64,000 nt of DNA, taken from positions 1-64,000 of IMG/VR virus record IMGVR_UViG_3300037054_000079; one strand, 5' to 3'. Of this stretch, positions 1 to 9,511 are shown one piece after another. The position numbers were made by a program, and so were the translations under genes. Source of the stretch: a virus. The notes beneath the pieces were generated by a model. The model was given only the letters and a program-made list of their open reading frames with translations, made no database searches and was not told the origin of the DNA. Within the stretch, counting starts at the first letter, position 1; each line of letters begins with the position of its first letter.

Positions 1-2919
1 AAATGCTCCTCTCATCCGAGCCCACACATTCACTCCACGCGGAACTGTGAGAGTGAGTAAGGTAGCACTAGATGGAGGTGTAGCGGCTATGAGGTCTTGA
101 ACTGGCACGGCCCAAAAGAAATCGTCTCCAATTGAAGACCAATTCCACAACTGCGAGGAGCCGTTTGTTTTGACTGACCCAATTCGTCTGAACAGGGTGT
201 AATTAGTCGGCATCGTTGGGGCAGTCGCGCTCAACGACAACAGAACATCCACCACCCCCAGGTCTACGCGCATAATCAAATGCAGATGATACCATGTGCT
301 TGCTGCTATTGCGCCGGTATCTAATCCACCATTGCCACTCCCAACGGCCCAACTGGAAAGAGTTTTGGTTATGGAGGCCACGTTCATCATTGCCACGTTG
401 GTGCTGTCGGCAGCAGCGCCCGCATAGACCAACACTGTTGTCAGCCCATTGTAGGCCGTGTTTAAGCCCGAGATATAATTTCGGGGCGGCAGTATTGAGA
501 TAGGCGTGTGGCCCGGTGGCCGCGAGAATGCTTGCTCATCGCCGGGATCGCCATCGAGACCCGGAGGGCCAATAGCTGGGCCGGTGCGGCCCGGCACGCC
601 CGAGGCCCCGGCTGATCCCGGCACGCCCGAGGCTCCGGCTGATCCCGGTGCACCATCATTTCCCGGCACGCCCGACGCGCCCGGCACTCCGGATGCGCCA
701 TCGAGTCCGGGGATGCCCGATGCGCCGTCAAAGCCCGGCACGCCCGACGCGCCCGCTGCACCACCGCTCCCGCTCGCGCCCGGCACGCCGCTCGCGCCCG
801 CAACATAAATTGTATCGCCGCTTACCGGATCGGGCCAACAGATACCTTTCCAGTTAGCACTCACTGGTAGCGTTTGTGCTGTCCATGTGATCCCGTCAGG
901 CGATGTCGCAGCCTTAGTCGAGCCGTATGCGACAGCACAAAATAACCCGAGAGGCGGCGACCAAGCGACACTAAACCAGCCTGCACTCGACGGCAAGGTT
1001 CGCGTTGTCCACGTTACGCCGTCTGGTGATGTCGTCGCATGAGCAGAGCCATAAGCGACAGCACAAAATAATTTACGAGCCGGAGACCAGCAGATACTAT
1101 ACCATGTCCCGCTCACCGATAGCGTTTGTGGTGTCCATGTTATGCCGTCCGGTGATGTTGCTGCGTTGGCAGAACCAGCCGCGACAATACAAAATAATCC
1201 GAGCGCCGGAGACCAACAAACACCATTCCATGACGCGCTCGCAGAAAGTGTCTGCGCTGTCCATGTTACGCCATCAGGTGATGTTGCTGCGGTAGTGGAT
1301 GGGCCAGAAGCGACAGCACAAAATAACTTGAGCGCCGGAGACCAGCAAACACCATTCCATGCCGCGCTCGCAGAAAGTGTCTGCGCTGTCCATGTTACGC
1401 CATCAGGTGATGTTGCTGCGGTAGTGGATGGGCCAGAAGCGACAGCACAAAATAACTTGAGCGCCGGAGACCAGCAAACACTATTCCATGTCGCGCTCGT
1501 GGGTAACGTCTGTTGTGTCCATGTTACGCCATCAGGTGATGTTGCTGCGGTAGTGGATGGGCCAGAAGCGACAGCACAAAATAATCCAAGAGCCGGAGAC
1601 CAGCAAATCGCAGACCAAGGGACGCTCGCGGGTAGCGTCCCTTGTGCCCATGTCGTACCGTCAACTGATGTTGCGGCATGAGTGCCACCGCTGGCAACAG
1701 CAGCAAAGAAATTCAATGCACCCGGTACACCGCTTCCGCCTGTTGCGCCGCTCGCGCCCGTTCCGCCCGGCACACCGCTCGCGCTTGGGATGCCGCTTGC
1801 GCCCGGTACACCGCTCGCGCCCGGTACACCTGACGCTCCGGCTGATCCCGGCACGCCGCTCGCGCCTGCGCTGCCGACGCCGCCCGTTCCACCCGGTACG
1901 CCCGAGGCCCCGGCTGATCCGGGGACACCGCTCGCGCCCGCCGCGCCGTCACTACCGTTTGACCCGGCTGCGCCGACTCCGCCTGTACCGCCCGGCACAC
2001 CGGAAACTCCCGGCACACCGCTCGCACCTGCGCTGCCGATGCCGCCCGTACCGCCCGGCACGCCTGAGACACCGGCTGTTCCCGGCACGCCCGAGGCCCC
2101 GGCTGATCCCGGCACGCCCGAGGCTCCGGCTGATCCCGGTGCGCCGTCATTTCCCGGCACGCCCGATGCTCCCGGCACTCCGCTTGCGCCATCGAGTCCG
2201 GTGCCCGATGCGCCGTCAAAGCCCGGCACGCCCGACGCGCCGTCTAATCCAACTCCGCCCGTGCCGCCCGGCACGCCCGAGGCCCCGGCTGTTCCCGGCA
2301 CGCCCGAGGCCCCGGCTGATCCCGGCACGCCCGAGGCCCCGGCTGATCCCGGTGCGCCGTCATTTCCCGGCACGCCCGACGCGCCCGGCACTCCGGATGC
2401 GCCATCGAGTCCGGTGCCCGATGCGCCGTCATTTCCCGGCACGCCGCTCGCGCCCTCCGGACCGGGAGGGCCGCCCGGATCGCCCGGCACCCCGCTCGCG
2501 CCCGGTACGCCGCTCGCGCCCGGTACACCCGATGCGCCGTTGCCTGAGCCGCTGCCCGGTGCACCGCTCGCGCCCGGCCTGCCTTTGATGACGAAAACGT
2601 TTGGTTTGGGATTAGCCAACGGGTCCGGCAACCGTGGCGGGTCCGGCAATTTCTCTGGCGGCTTCGGTGGATCAGGCAAGCGAACGCCCGCCTCAGCGGC
2701 TTTGCGCTTGGCGACCGCGAACCCGTATTGTTTTATGAAAACGTCCTGAGCCGAGGGACTCCAACGGTCCGCGCCCCATGGGTTAGGATCGGGGAGAACC
2801 ACATCCACTTCGGCGGCTTTGCGTTTGGCGACGGCGTATCCGTATTTTTCAATGAAGGCTTCTTGGGCTGCGTAACTCCCATTCTCGCCCCACGGATTAG
2901 CGCCCGATGTTACGGCCAC
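1..2919 (-). CDS. Collagen-like virion fibre/decoration protein with a 7-repeat beta-propeller; 3' end runs off the window
   Basis: Absent from the ORF track (no stop inside the window) and translated by hand. GTG at 2919 follows a GGGGA SD. It reads VAVTSGANPWGENG..., then Gly-X-Y blocks (GASGVPG), seven WSPxxxLFCAVA..SPDGxTWT repeats, a second collagen block, and PRNYISGL..WAVGSGNGGLDTGAIAASTWYH. Confidence 0.85.
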   Translation of the reverse strand, partial: MAVTSGANPWGENGSYAAQEAFIEKYGYAVAKRKAAEVDVVLPDPNPWGADRWSPSAQDVFIKQYGFAVAKRKAAEAGVRLPDPPKPPEKLPDPPRLPDPLANPKPNVFVIKGRPGASGAPGSGSGNGASGVPGASGVPGASGVPGDPGGPPGPEGASGVPGNDGASGTGLDGASGVPGASGVPGNDGAPGSAGASGVPGSAGASGVPGTAGASGVPGGTGGVGLDGASGVPGFDGASGTGLDGASGVPGASGVPGNDGAPGSAGASGVPGSAGASGVPGTAGVSGVPGGTGGIGSAGASGVPGVSGVPGGTGGVGAAGSNGSDGAAGASGVPGSAGASGVPGGTGGVGSAGASGVPGSAGASGVPGASGVPGASGIPSASGVPGGTGASGATGGSGVPGALNFFAAVASGGTHAATSVDGTTWAQGTLPASVPWSAICWSPALGLFCAVASGPSTTAATSPDGVTWTQQTLPTSATWNSVCWSPALKLFCAVASGPSTTAATSPDGVTWTAQTLSASAAWNGVCWSPALKLFCAVASGPSTTAATSPDGVTWTAQTLSASASWNGVCWSPALGLFCIVAAGSANAATSPDGITWTPQTLSVSGTWYSICWSPARKLFCAVAYGSAHATTSPDGVTWTTRTLPSSAGWFSVAWSPPLGLFCAVAYGSTKAATSPDGITWTAQTLPVSANWKGICWPDPVSGDTIYVAGASGVPGASGSGGAAGASGVPGFDGASGIPGLDGASGVPGASGVPGNDGAPGSAGASGVPGSAGASGVPGRTGPAIGPPGLDGDPGDEQAFSRPPGHTPISILPPRNYISGLNTAYNGLTTVLVYAGAAADSTNVAMMNVASITKTLSSWAVGSGNGGLDTGAIAASTWYHLHLIMRVDLGVVDVLLSLSATAPTMPTNYTLFRRIGSVKTNGSSQLWNWSSIGDDFFWAVPVQDLIAATPPSSATLLTLTVPRGVNVWARMRGAF
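540..805 (-). repeat. Collagen Gly-X-Y repeat block 2 (approximate limits)
   Basis: Tandem cccggcacgcc-type 9/18-nt units encoding GVP-GAS-GSA on the minus strand. Confidence 0.85.
830..1705 (-). repeat. Seven 126-129 bp repeats encoding Asp-box (SxDGxTW) beta-propeller blades
   Basis: DG codons at ~893, 1019, 1145, 1271, 1400, 1529 and 1658; the copies at 1271/1400/1529 are near-identical DNA. Confidence 0.85.
1710..2585 (-). repeat. Collagen Gly-X-Y repeat block 1 (approximate limits)
   Basis: Long imperfect GASGVPG/GSAGASGVPG array; the Pro/Arg-rich plus-strand ORFs here are its shadows. Confidence 0.85.
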
Positions 2920-2929
2920 GAGCAGTCCC

Positions 2930-2985
2930 CTGAAAATTGAAATGAAAATGCCGTCGCGCGGTTTTTACCACGCGATGGCCATTTC
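2930..2985 (-). terminator. Putative intrinsic terminator/attenuator after the scaffold gene
   Basis: Minus strand gaaatggccatcgcgtggt-aaaa-accgcgcgacggcattttc followed by atttcaatttt. Confidence 0.55.
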
Positions 2986-2987
2986 AC

Positions 2988-3000
2988 CAACCAGCGTTAT
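2988..3000 (-). promoter_or_regulatory. 13-bp late-arm motif ATAACGCTGGTTG, copy 1
   Basis: Exact copies at 16619-16631 and 22335-22347. Confidence 0.5.
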
Positions 3001-3869
3001 TGGCTGACGCGCTTGACCGGCTTGGTATCGCCGATCTTGCTGCCGACCTGCGCAGCCAGCGCAGCGGCCTTAACTTCACCCATGGTCTTGATAGCTTGAC
3101 CTTGCTGAGTGACGTTCCAGCCTTCTTCGGACCACGGGTTCTCGGCGCGCAGTCCGCCGCCACCGGAGCCACCGCCGCGCGAATTGCCACCGACCGAGGT
3201 CGGCCACCAATGCGGCTTCTTGTCTTGCTGATCCTTGAACCATTCCTTTGGCTCGATGCCCGGCATCGCGTCCACGTTGTCTTTCGTGAGCACGCGCCCG
3301 GCTTCGGTGACTTCGAAGACGCGCATCGCATTGAGCACCGCGTCGTCGATAGCTGTCGGGACCACCTTCGCAGCGATAGCCGCGTCGCGGATCGAACGCT
3401 CGACCGTTGTCATAACGATGGTGGACTTGAGTCCGGTGACTTCCTGCGCTGCCACTTCGGTCGCTTTGCGGGCGGCATCGAGATCGCGCTGCAACTGCGA
3501 CTTGTCGCGCTCAAGCGGGCCGGTGGCGCGCTTGATACGGGCTTCGATGATTGGTTCGAGCTTGGTCTCGTCGAGCTTGCCGTCCTTGGTGAACGCTTCA
3601 AGCTGCGCCTTGGACGTAGCCAGTTCTTCGAGTTGCGCGGGGATCAGTTCGGGGTCAATTTCGCCGAACTTGAGAAGTCTGTCGCGCACCGCCTTGTGAT
3701 CGGTCTTCTCTTTGCGGAGAGCTTCTTGAACCCGGTCGATGTCGCCTTGGGTCTTGACGCCTTCGATGCCAGTCAACTCAAACTGTCCGTTGCGTTCCGA
3801 GTAGAGGTCGGCAAAGCCCTCTGGAATTTCCTCTGCCGTCTTGTAGATGGTAATGAGCTTTGCAGCCAT
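2997..3869 (-). CDS. Capsid scaffolding protein
   Basis: Coiled-coil body, HWWP, Gly-rich linker and C-terminal NPW..WNVTQQG tail typical of phage scaffolds; downstream of portal and minor head genes. Confidence 0.8.
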   Translation of the reverse strand: MAAKLITIYKTAEEIPEGFADLYSERNGQFELTGIEGVKTQGDIDRVQEALRKEKTDHKAVRDRLLKFGEIDPELIPAQLEELATSKAQLEAFTKDGKLDETKLEPIIEARIKRATGPLERDKSQLQRDLDAARKATEVAAQEVTGLKSTIVMTTVERSIRDAAIAAKVVPTAIDDAVLNAMRVFEVTEAGRVLTKDNVDAMPGIEPKEWFKDQQDKKPHWWPTSVGGNSRGGGSGGGGLRAENPWSEEGWNVTQQGQAIKTMGEVKAAALAAQVGSKIGDTKPVKRVSQ

Positions 3870-3917
3870 GGTCGGTCTCCCTTAACTTTTCCCAAGCGAC
3901 CATTCGCTTAGGCGCGC

Positions 3918-4430
3918 TCATGCGTCCTTTTGGCGGCCACTTACATAGTCAATAAGTGCCCGTATCCTTCCGAGTTTTACTTCGGTCTCACTTAGCCTCT
4001 CATGAAGCCGAGCTAGTGTTGAACCCTGCTTATCAGAATTGGCCTTGATAGATATGACAGCCACATTCCCTTTGACGTACCCTTTGTCGTTCTCTATCCG
4101 GTCTATTGAGGCTGTCGCGTCCTGTTGCGCGCCGCCGTCATAGACCAACCTCAAACCATAGACCGGGCAAAAAGTCGGAAGCGGGAGCAAGTCCTCAAGC
4201 GCGATATTAAATTTCAATCCTTTTCTCTCGGCCCGTGTTCGTGCTCTGCGCAGCATAAGTTTTGCCGGGTTTTCGGCTCGCCATTTTCGACTTTTCTCCC
4301 GCATACCAGCGGGGTCATTTATGCGGCGCTTCATTTCCGACTCTCGACCCGACTTTCGACTTTGCTCAGGATTGTCCCGCCTCCACTTGCGCTGACGTTT
4401 TAGTTCCTTGAGCGGAAGGGTCATAGGCAA
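3918..4430 (-). CDS. HNH-type homing endonuclease
   Basis: CPVYG..ASIDRIENDKGYVKGNVAVISIKAN motif; paralogs at 9501 and 51362. Confidence 0.8.
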   Translation of the reverse strand: MPMTLPLKELKRQRKWRRDNPEQSRKSGRESEMKRRINDPAGMREKSRKWRAENPAKLMLRRARTRAERKGLKFNIALEDLLPLPTFCPVYGLRLVYDGGAQQDATASIDRIENDKGYVKGNVAVISIKANSDKQGSTLARLHERLSETEVKLGRIRALIDYVSGRQKDA

Positions 4431-4765
4431 ATAAATGCCGTGGCGAGCTTCCCGTTCGGGTCCTCGCCGTATCCATCCAAGACTTTGCCAACATCGGCAA
4501 CGTCTAGGGGAATATCTGTATCCTCGTAGCAGTAGTGGACTTGCTTCTTGGCATCCAAAAAATAGAACACGCGATGGCCCGGCTCGCTGAATTTAGGCGA
4601 CATCCGGACCGATGATCTCTTGATTGGTTCGCGCGCGGGCGGCGCGGCCACAACGACTGGCGGCTTGTCATTGACAACGACGCGCGTAGGCGCGGGCGCG
4701 TGGAAAATGAATATCGCCACGAGCAAGACGAGCACAACGATAGCGCCGATGGAATTTTTGCTCAC
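4421..4765 (-). CDS. Hypothetical membrane-anchored protein
   Basis: N-terminal hydrophobic helix; overlaps both neighbours. Confidence 0.55.
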   Translation of the reverse strand: MSKNSIGAIVVLVLLVAIFIFHAPAPTRVVVNDKPPVVVAAPPAREPIKRSSVRMSPKFSEPGHRVFYFLDAKKQVHYCYEDTDIPLDVADVGKVLDGYGEDPNGKLATAFICL

Positions 4766-5430
4766 TTGGGGACTCCCTTTTTGCGGAGATTACGAGCCTT
4801 AATCGCCGCACGCGCAAGCTGCAAAATGTGGTGCCGAGTGACTTCGGTCATACCGTCAATGCCGTTTACCTTGGCACTGCCGACCACTTTTCGAGCGATT
4901 TCAGTGTTTTCCAGTCCGGCCATTAACCATGTTCGGATCGTCTTGTCAAGCCGGGCTTTATCCTCTGCCGCAAAATGCCCGGCCCAAACTGCCAAACTGT
5001 GCCCGTGAATAGGGGTGTTCCCAATACGGGAACGGAGATACCGGAACGCCTTTTTGATAGCCTTGGTGCGGACTATTGCCACCCGCGCCGCTGCCCGATC
5101 TGCGGCCTTCATGGCTTCGCCGACTCGAATGCCACTGATCCCGGCGACATCGACGAGATCGCGCTCGATCATGTCTCGCACCCGGATTTCAGACTGATCG
5201 AGGATCGCGACCGTACCGTTCCAAATCTTGATGAACCGCGCGAGATTGGCTTTCTTGATCCGAGCCTCGACCGCGTGCAGCCGAGCCATCGTCTCGGGCC
5301 GCACGGGTTTGTGTACCGGGGGATGTTCGAGGCGATGCTTCGCACGGTTGCGGTCGCGGATCACCTTGCGGTTCACGCGCCCGAGCGGGGACAGCCAATG
5401 ATGATCGCTGTCGAGGTTGATGGTGGTCAT
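4762..5430 (-). CDS. Minor head (Mu gpF/SPP1 gp7-like) protein, apparently C-terminally truncated
   Basis: AGLENTEIARKVVGS..DGMTEVTRHH..LARAAI resembles the MuF core; lies between portal and scaffold. Confidence 0.55.
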   Translation of the reverse strand: MTTINLDSDHHWLSPLGRVNRKVIRDRNRAKHRLEHPPVHKPVRPETMARLHAVEARIKKANLARFIKIWNGTVAILDQSEIRVRDMIERDLVDVAGISGIRVGEAMKAADRAAARVAIVRTKAIKKAFRYLRSRIGNTPIHGHSLAVWAGHFAAEDKARLDKTIRTWLMAGLENTEIARKVVGSAKVNGIDGMTEVTRHHILQLARAAIKARNLRKKGVPK

Positions 5431-7856
5431 AGCTGTTGCTCTTTCGGAATTTTAGCTTTGTACTTGGCGACGATATCCTCTTGCTCAGGAGTGAGCTTGA
5501 TAGTGACCTTGCCCGCGTCCGGGTGCGGAGCAAGCTTCGTAATGAGTTTGTCGATATTGGTCGTTGGTCCGGGTCCCTCGATGACGTAACTCTTTCCAAT
5601 CGGGACATCCTCAGCCCGTGGCGCGCGATCTGAATAGGCATCCCAATTATGCCATGCGGTGCCGGTGATGACAACCTCGTGCTCACTATGCACGTTCTGG
5701 CCAAAGGCCGGGACCGACAAGACCGCCGTGCGCGGGACTTCGGCGCGCAGCACAACGCGACTCATGGTCGGTCCGGGCTGCTCATAAGTCCACAGGCCAT
5801 GTTGCGGGCCGGAAATGCTTACAGGATCAGCAAACTTTGTGATGGTCTTTCCCGAGTCCAATTTTAACTGCGTACCAACTGGTTTCCCAACAAGAGATGT
5901 TTCTTCGCCTGTGGCCAATTTCACGTCGCCAAGTACCGGCGGGTTAAATTCCGACTTCTGAATTTCGCCGTCGCGCTTGTGCGACAGTGTGATCCCGCGA
6001 TAGAGATTGACAACCAGGATGTCGGCTTTGTCTAGCATATACTGCGAGGTTTCCCACTTCGCGCGCGTTATGGCTTTCACGCCATCATAGCCGCCGACAT
6101 CCTTAAAATCCTTGTTTGCTTGGTCGATGACGGCTTGGCGCTCAATACCCTGCGGAGCTTTGTTGGTGGTGCCGCCCCAGCCGTTCGCCACGCTGGCGTC
6201 AGTCGTGAACGACGCCGCACCGTTACGTTGCAGGTCTAACCCCGGTAGCTTGATATAGGAGGCGCTGACTGCATCCTCTTTTATGGGTTCTGTCTTGAGA
6301 GTCGGCGGCCCTCCGGCCTTTTGGCTACGCTCGTAGATCGCATCGCGCGCGACAGCCTTTTGTTCTTCGGACATATTTTTGTCCGTGGATATTTTTACAG
6401 CGAATGCTCCTACGTCGCTGACATCATCAAGCTGTTTTGTAACGGCGGCCTTAAATTCTTCAAGAGTCCCGTCCTGCGCCACGTTACTTTCTGCAAACTT
6501 TTTATAGAGGTCCTCTACATCTGGCTTCGGGGGCGGCGCTTCACGTAAGCGCCCGCCGAGTTCGTCAGCCGCCGCGACCTGTATCAGCTTGCCCTCGCCG
6601 CCGGTCGAACTGCCTTTCCAGCCCTCCCACAGTTTTGCATCAGCGGCGCGGATGTCGGCAATATCCGGTGTGTTACCAACATTTGCTGCGCGCACTTTGA
6701 GTTCGTTCTCAATGGTTTTGATGTTTTCCGAGTACGGGTCAGATATCGTCTTTGACGATGCCAACTTCTCTTTCATCTCGTCTAGGTGAAGTTCGAGATC
6801 GGGAGTGCTGTACGCAGCCCATGAATACCGGGTCTCCGCCGCACCTATCCCGCGTTGCTCCATCAACTGCGCGGCGCGCGTGTCGGCCATGTACTTCGCG
6901 AGCGCCTGTGTCTTGATGTAATCCGAACCGCTGCCCTCGTTGAGCGGGTCCCACTTCTTCGGCGGCTCAAGTGAACCAAGCTCAGTCGTCTTTTCATCTT
7001 CGAGATCGTCGGCGAGCGAAGTGTTGTGCTTCGTCCACTCGTACTTTTCGTTGTCGTCCATCTCCGCCCACGCGGACTCTAGGGACTCGGTTACATTCTC
7101 AGACAGGTGGTCCGGCGCGTCGATCTTTTCGGCGTCCTTCTCAACTTTGTCATTGAACTGGTTCATGAAGTACGTTGTGATATCCGCGCGCATTTCCGGC
7201 GTGAGATGGTTTTCAAGAATGTCCGTGGGCGGTGTGATGCCCGGCATCGCAAGTTGATCGGGATGAAAGTTCGGATTTATATCTGTGGGGTGCTGTAGTT
7301 CCTGCGGATCAAATCCAATATCCGGATTGTGCTTGCTGCCGCTGTAATCATCGGCGGCCTCGATGGTGATCGCCTTCGCTAGATCATCAGAACTGTAGGG
7401 AATGTCCGGTTGGTCGTAGCCGTGACGGTCGGCTAGATAGTCAGTCAGCGTCTCCGCTTTCCAATCGTCATCTTCGGCAAGTTGCTGCGCGGCTTCTCGC
7501 TGCGGGTCCCCGCTCTCTTGCCAATTACTGACTTCGCTTTCATACTCTGAGTCGTAGTTGTTGGACTTGTAGGCTTCTTCGGCTTTCTCTTGCGAAGTGC
7601 CGCTCAGCGCATCCCAACTCGGTTCGTGTGTTACCTCGACTTCGCCCTCGTGTTCGGGAGCTTCGGTAGCGATCTTGTCGAGCGCCGGGCGCGCAGCCGC
7701 GTACTCATTCTCAAGTCGAGCAGCGGTATCCTTATTCCAGATATCGCCGCCCGCAACGGTAGCGACACGCGGATCGGGCGCGGCGGGGATGTCCCCACCT
7801 GCGCCCGCTGTCCACCGGCCTCTTGTATCGCGCTGCTCAGTTGAAACGTCCGCCAT
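5427..7856 (-). CDS. Large putative virion-internal protein with C-terminal ADP-ribosyltransferase-like (R-S-E) domain
   Basis: N-terminal RDTRGRWT motif; LYRG, SFTT and VLRAEVP..SEHEVV motifs. Confidence 0.6.
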   Translation of the reverse strand: MADVSTEQRDTRGRWTAGAGGDIPAAPDPRVATVAGGDIWNKDTAARLENEYAAARPALDKIATEAPEHEGEVEVTHEPSWDALSGTSQEKAEEAYKSNNYDSEYESEVSNWQESGDPQREAAQQLAEDDDWKAETLTDYLADRHGYDQPDIPYSSDDLAKAITIEAADDYSGSKHNPDIGFDPQELQHPTDINPNFHPDQLAMPGITPPTDILENHLTPEMRADITTYFMNQFNDKVEKDAEKIDAPDHLSENVTESLESAWAEMDDNEKYEWTKHNTSLADDLEDEKTTELGSLEPPKKWDPLNEGSGSDYIKTQALAKYMADTRAAQLMEQRGIGAAETRYSWAAYSTPDLELHLDEMKEKLASSKTISDPYSENIKTIENELKVRAANVGNTPDIADIRAADAKLWEGWKGSSTGGEGKLIQVAAADELGGRLREAPPPKPDVEDLYKKFAESNVAQDGTLEEFKAAVTKQLDDVSDVGAFAVKISTDKNMSEEQKAVARDAIYERSQKAGGPPTLKTEPIKEDAVSASYIKLPGLDLQRNGAASFTTDASVANGWGGTTNKAPQGIERQAVIDQANKDFKDVGGYDGVKAITRAKWETSQYMLDKADILVVNLYRGITLSHKRDGEIQKSEFNPPVLGDVKLATGEETSLVGKPVGTQLKLDSGKTITKFADPVSISGPQHGLWTYEQPGPTMSRVVLRAEVPRTAVLSVPAFGQNVHSEHEVVITGTAWHNWDAYSDRAPRAEDVPIGKSYVIEGPGPTTNIDKLITKLAPHPDAGKVTIKLTPEQEDIVAKYKAKIPKEQQL

Positions 7857-7861
7857 GGCGC

Positions 7862-9511
7862 TTAATACTTCTTGTTAGCCGAAGCACCTTTCGGTCCTAA
7901 TTTTCTTTTTAGCGGAACCGGCGAGCCGCGCACGTGCGGCGTGACCGGGACGTTCGCGTTCGGCGGGATCATCGGCGCAGTTGGGTTCGGCGGTGCCTGA
8001 GTTGGATCGCCGGGATCGTCGCCGCTGCCTTCCGTATCAAGGAACGACTCGTCAGTTACCGTTTGCTGCGGCCCGACCATTGAGCCAATCAGTGTCTCCG
8101 CCTCGTCCTCGATCTGTTTGGTCTCTTGATCGAAGTCCATTTCGGTCATGTCGTTGAGCCGCATCATGCGGTGCATCGACTTGAGCGACAACGGCAGACC
8201 AAGTTGCTTGGCTTGCATGAAGGCGAGCAGCGCGGCTCCGGCGACGTTGGTGTCGGCGAAGTCGGTCGTCGGCTCTACACTCACTTCGTCCGGGTCCTCA
8301 CCGACCCACTGTGCGGCGTATTTGAGCGCCTGTTCCAAACCCGCTCCCGCCGTTTGCGCGGTTGCCGAGATCGTGGTCGTGCGCGCCGCGACGCGGATAC
8401 GCAATGCCTCGCCACTTTCGCCGCGCGCATTGCCCACATCCATAAACGAGACGCCGAACGACGCGGCTATATCCGAGTCATTCTTGAGAGATTGACGCAT
8501 TTCGCCAAGCCCCGTCGCTGAGACGCCGATGTATTTGGCGTCGCCGCCGATCTTGACTGAGATCAAGCCCTTGTTGCCGACGCGCAAGTCCGTCCCGTCA
8601 TCGCTTGGGTTCGCGCCGACGAGGACAAGAGTTTGCTGGCCCTGCATGTAGAGGGTCTGCCGATAGTCCGCCTCGCCGCGATAGATCGCGAGTGCGAGGT
8701 TGCTCAGCCCGAGCAGCGGGGGGACTTCCGGCTCAGGTACAAGGTCGTTCGCTCCGATGAAGACGAACGGGATATCTTGAAGCGTGGTGCCACCAATCTG
8801 CGGAACGATAAAATCGTTCGGGACTGGCATTGACATATCGTTGACTTTGACGCAGATCGAGAACTGATCGGTCGGCTCAGGGCGCGTCCATCCGCTTTCC
8901 AGTGCGTCAGGAATGCCACGAGACAAGACGCGATGCTTGCGCTCAGTGACCCATGTAAAGCCTTCACGGCGAAAGCCGCTCTCGTCGAGCACGACGAGAT
9001 CGAGCATGTTGCGCCCCTCGTTGAGCTTACCGGCGTCCCAATTGATGATGCGCTGCGGATTGTAGAATGAGATGTACGGCGTCGCCTGATCCACGTCCGC
9101 GCCAGTCGGCACGTCCACGAGCAAACCGCAGCGGCCATAGGTGAGTTGCGCCTCGTTGATCCGGCGCAACAGCATTTGCAGACCCTCGCCTTGAATTGTC
9201 GCCTTGTTCATCATACTGGCGAGCTTCGGCGGCAGCGTAATCGTGGCGGGCTTCATGTGCATGATGCCGACCATGGCTTTCACGGCATCACGGACGCAAT
9301 CGTGAAAGACAGCGCGCGTCAAGTATGCGTCGTAATCTTTCCAGCCCGGAGCCATCGAGGATGTCATACCATCACTCACCATCGCTTCGGTCGCGGGCAG
9401 ATATGTGATACGCTTCTTCTTGACCTCGCGCTCACCGGCATAGGTATCCGCCATTTGCAGCCAACTTCCGACTTGCTCAACGTAATTTGGGTGCTTATCG
9501 TCAAGACTCAA
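7862..9511 (-). CDS. Portal protein (DUF4055-like)
   Basis: HPNY..W..M.DTYAGE..VK....YLP, YLTRA.F, IPFVFIG, PPLLGL.NL...YR..ADY, ESGEALRIR; TTG start after GGAGG; follows TerL. Confidence 0.88.
   Translation of the reverse strand: MSLDDKHPNYVEQVGSWLQMADTYAGEREVKKKRITYLPATEAMVSDGMTSSMAPGWKDYDAYLTRAVFHDCVRDAVKAMVGIMHMKPATITLPPKLASMMNKATIQGEGLQMLLRRINEAQLTYGRCGLLVDVPTGADVDQATPYISFYNPQRIINWDAGKLNEGRNMLDLVVLDESGFRREGFTWVTERKHRVLSRGIPDALESGWTRPEPTDQFSICVKVNDMSMPVPNDFIVPQIGGTTLQDIPFVFIGANDLVPEPEVPPLLGLSNLALAIYRGEADYRQTLYMQGQQTLVLVGANPSDDGTDLRVGNKGLISVKIGGDAKYIGVSATGLGEMRQSLKNDSDIAASFGVSFMDVGNARGESGEALRIRVAARTTTISATAQTAGAGLEQALKYAAQWVGEDPDEVSVEPTTDFADTNVAGAALLAFMQAKQLGLPLSLKSMHRMMRLNDMTEMDFDQETKQIEDEAETLIGSMVGPQQTVTDESFLDTEGSGDDPGDPTQAPPNPTAPMIPPNANVPVTPHVRGSPVPLKRKLGPKGASANKKY

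Noticed and set aside
893-1680. Regularly spaced repeats resembling a CRISPR array
   Set aside because: The 126-129 bp units are in-frame protein repeats without unique spacers, and no cas genes are present
506-2749. Long plus-strand Pro/Arg-rich ORFs (506, 1142, 1557, 1682) and Arg/Ala-rich minus ORFs
   Set aside because: Shadows of the collagen/propeller gene in the true minus frame
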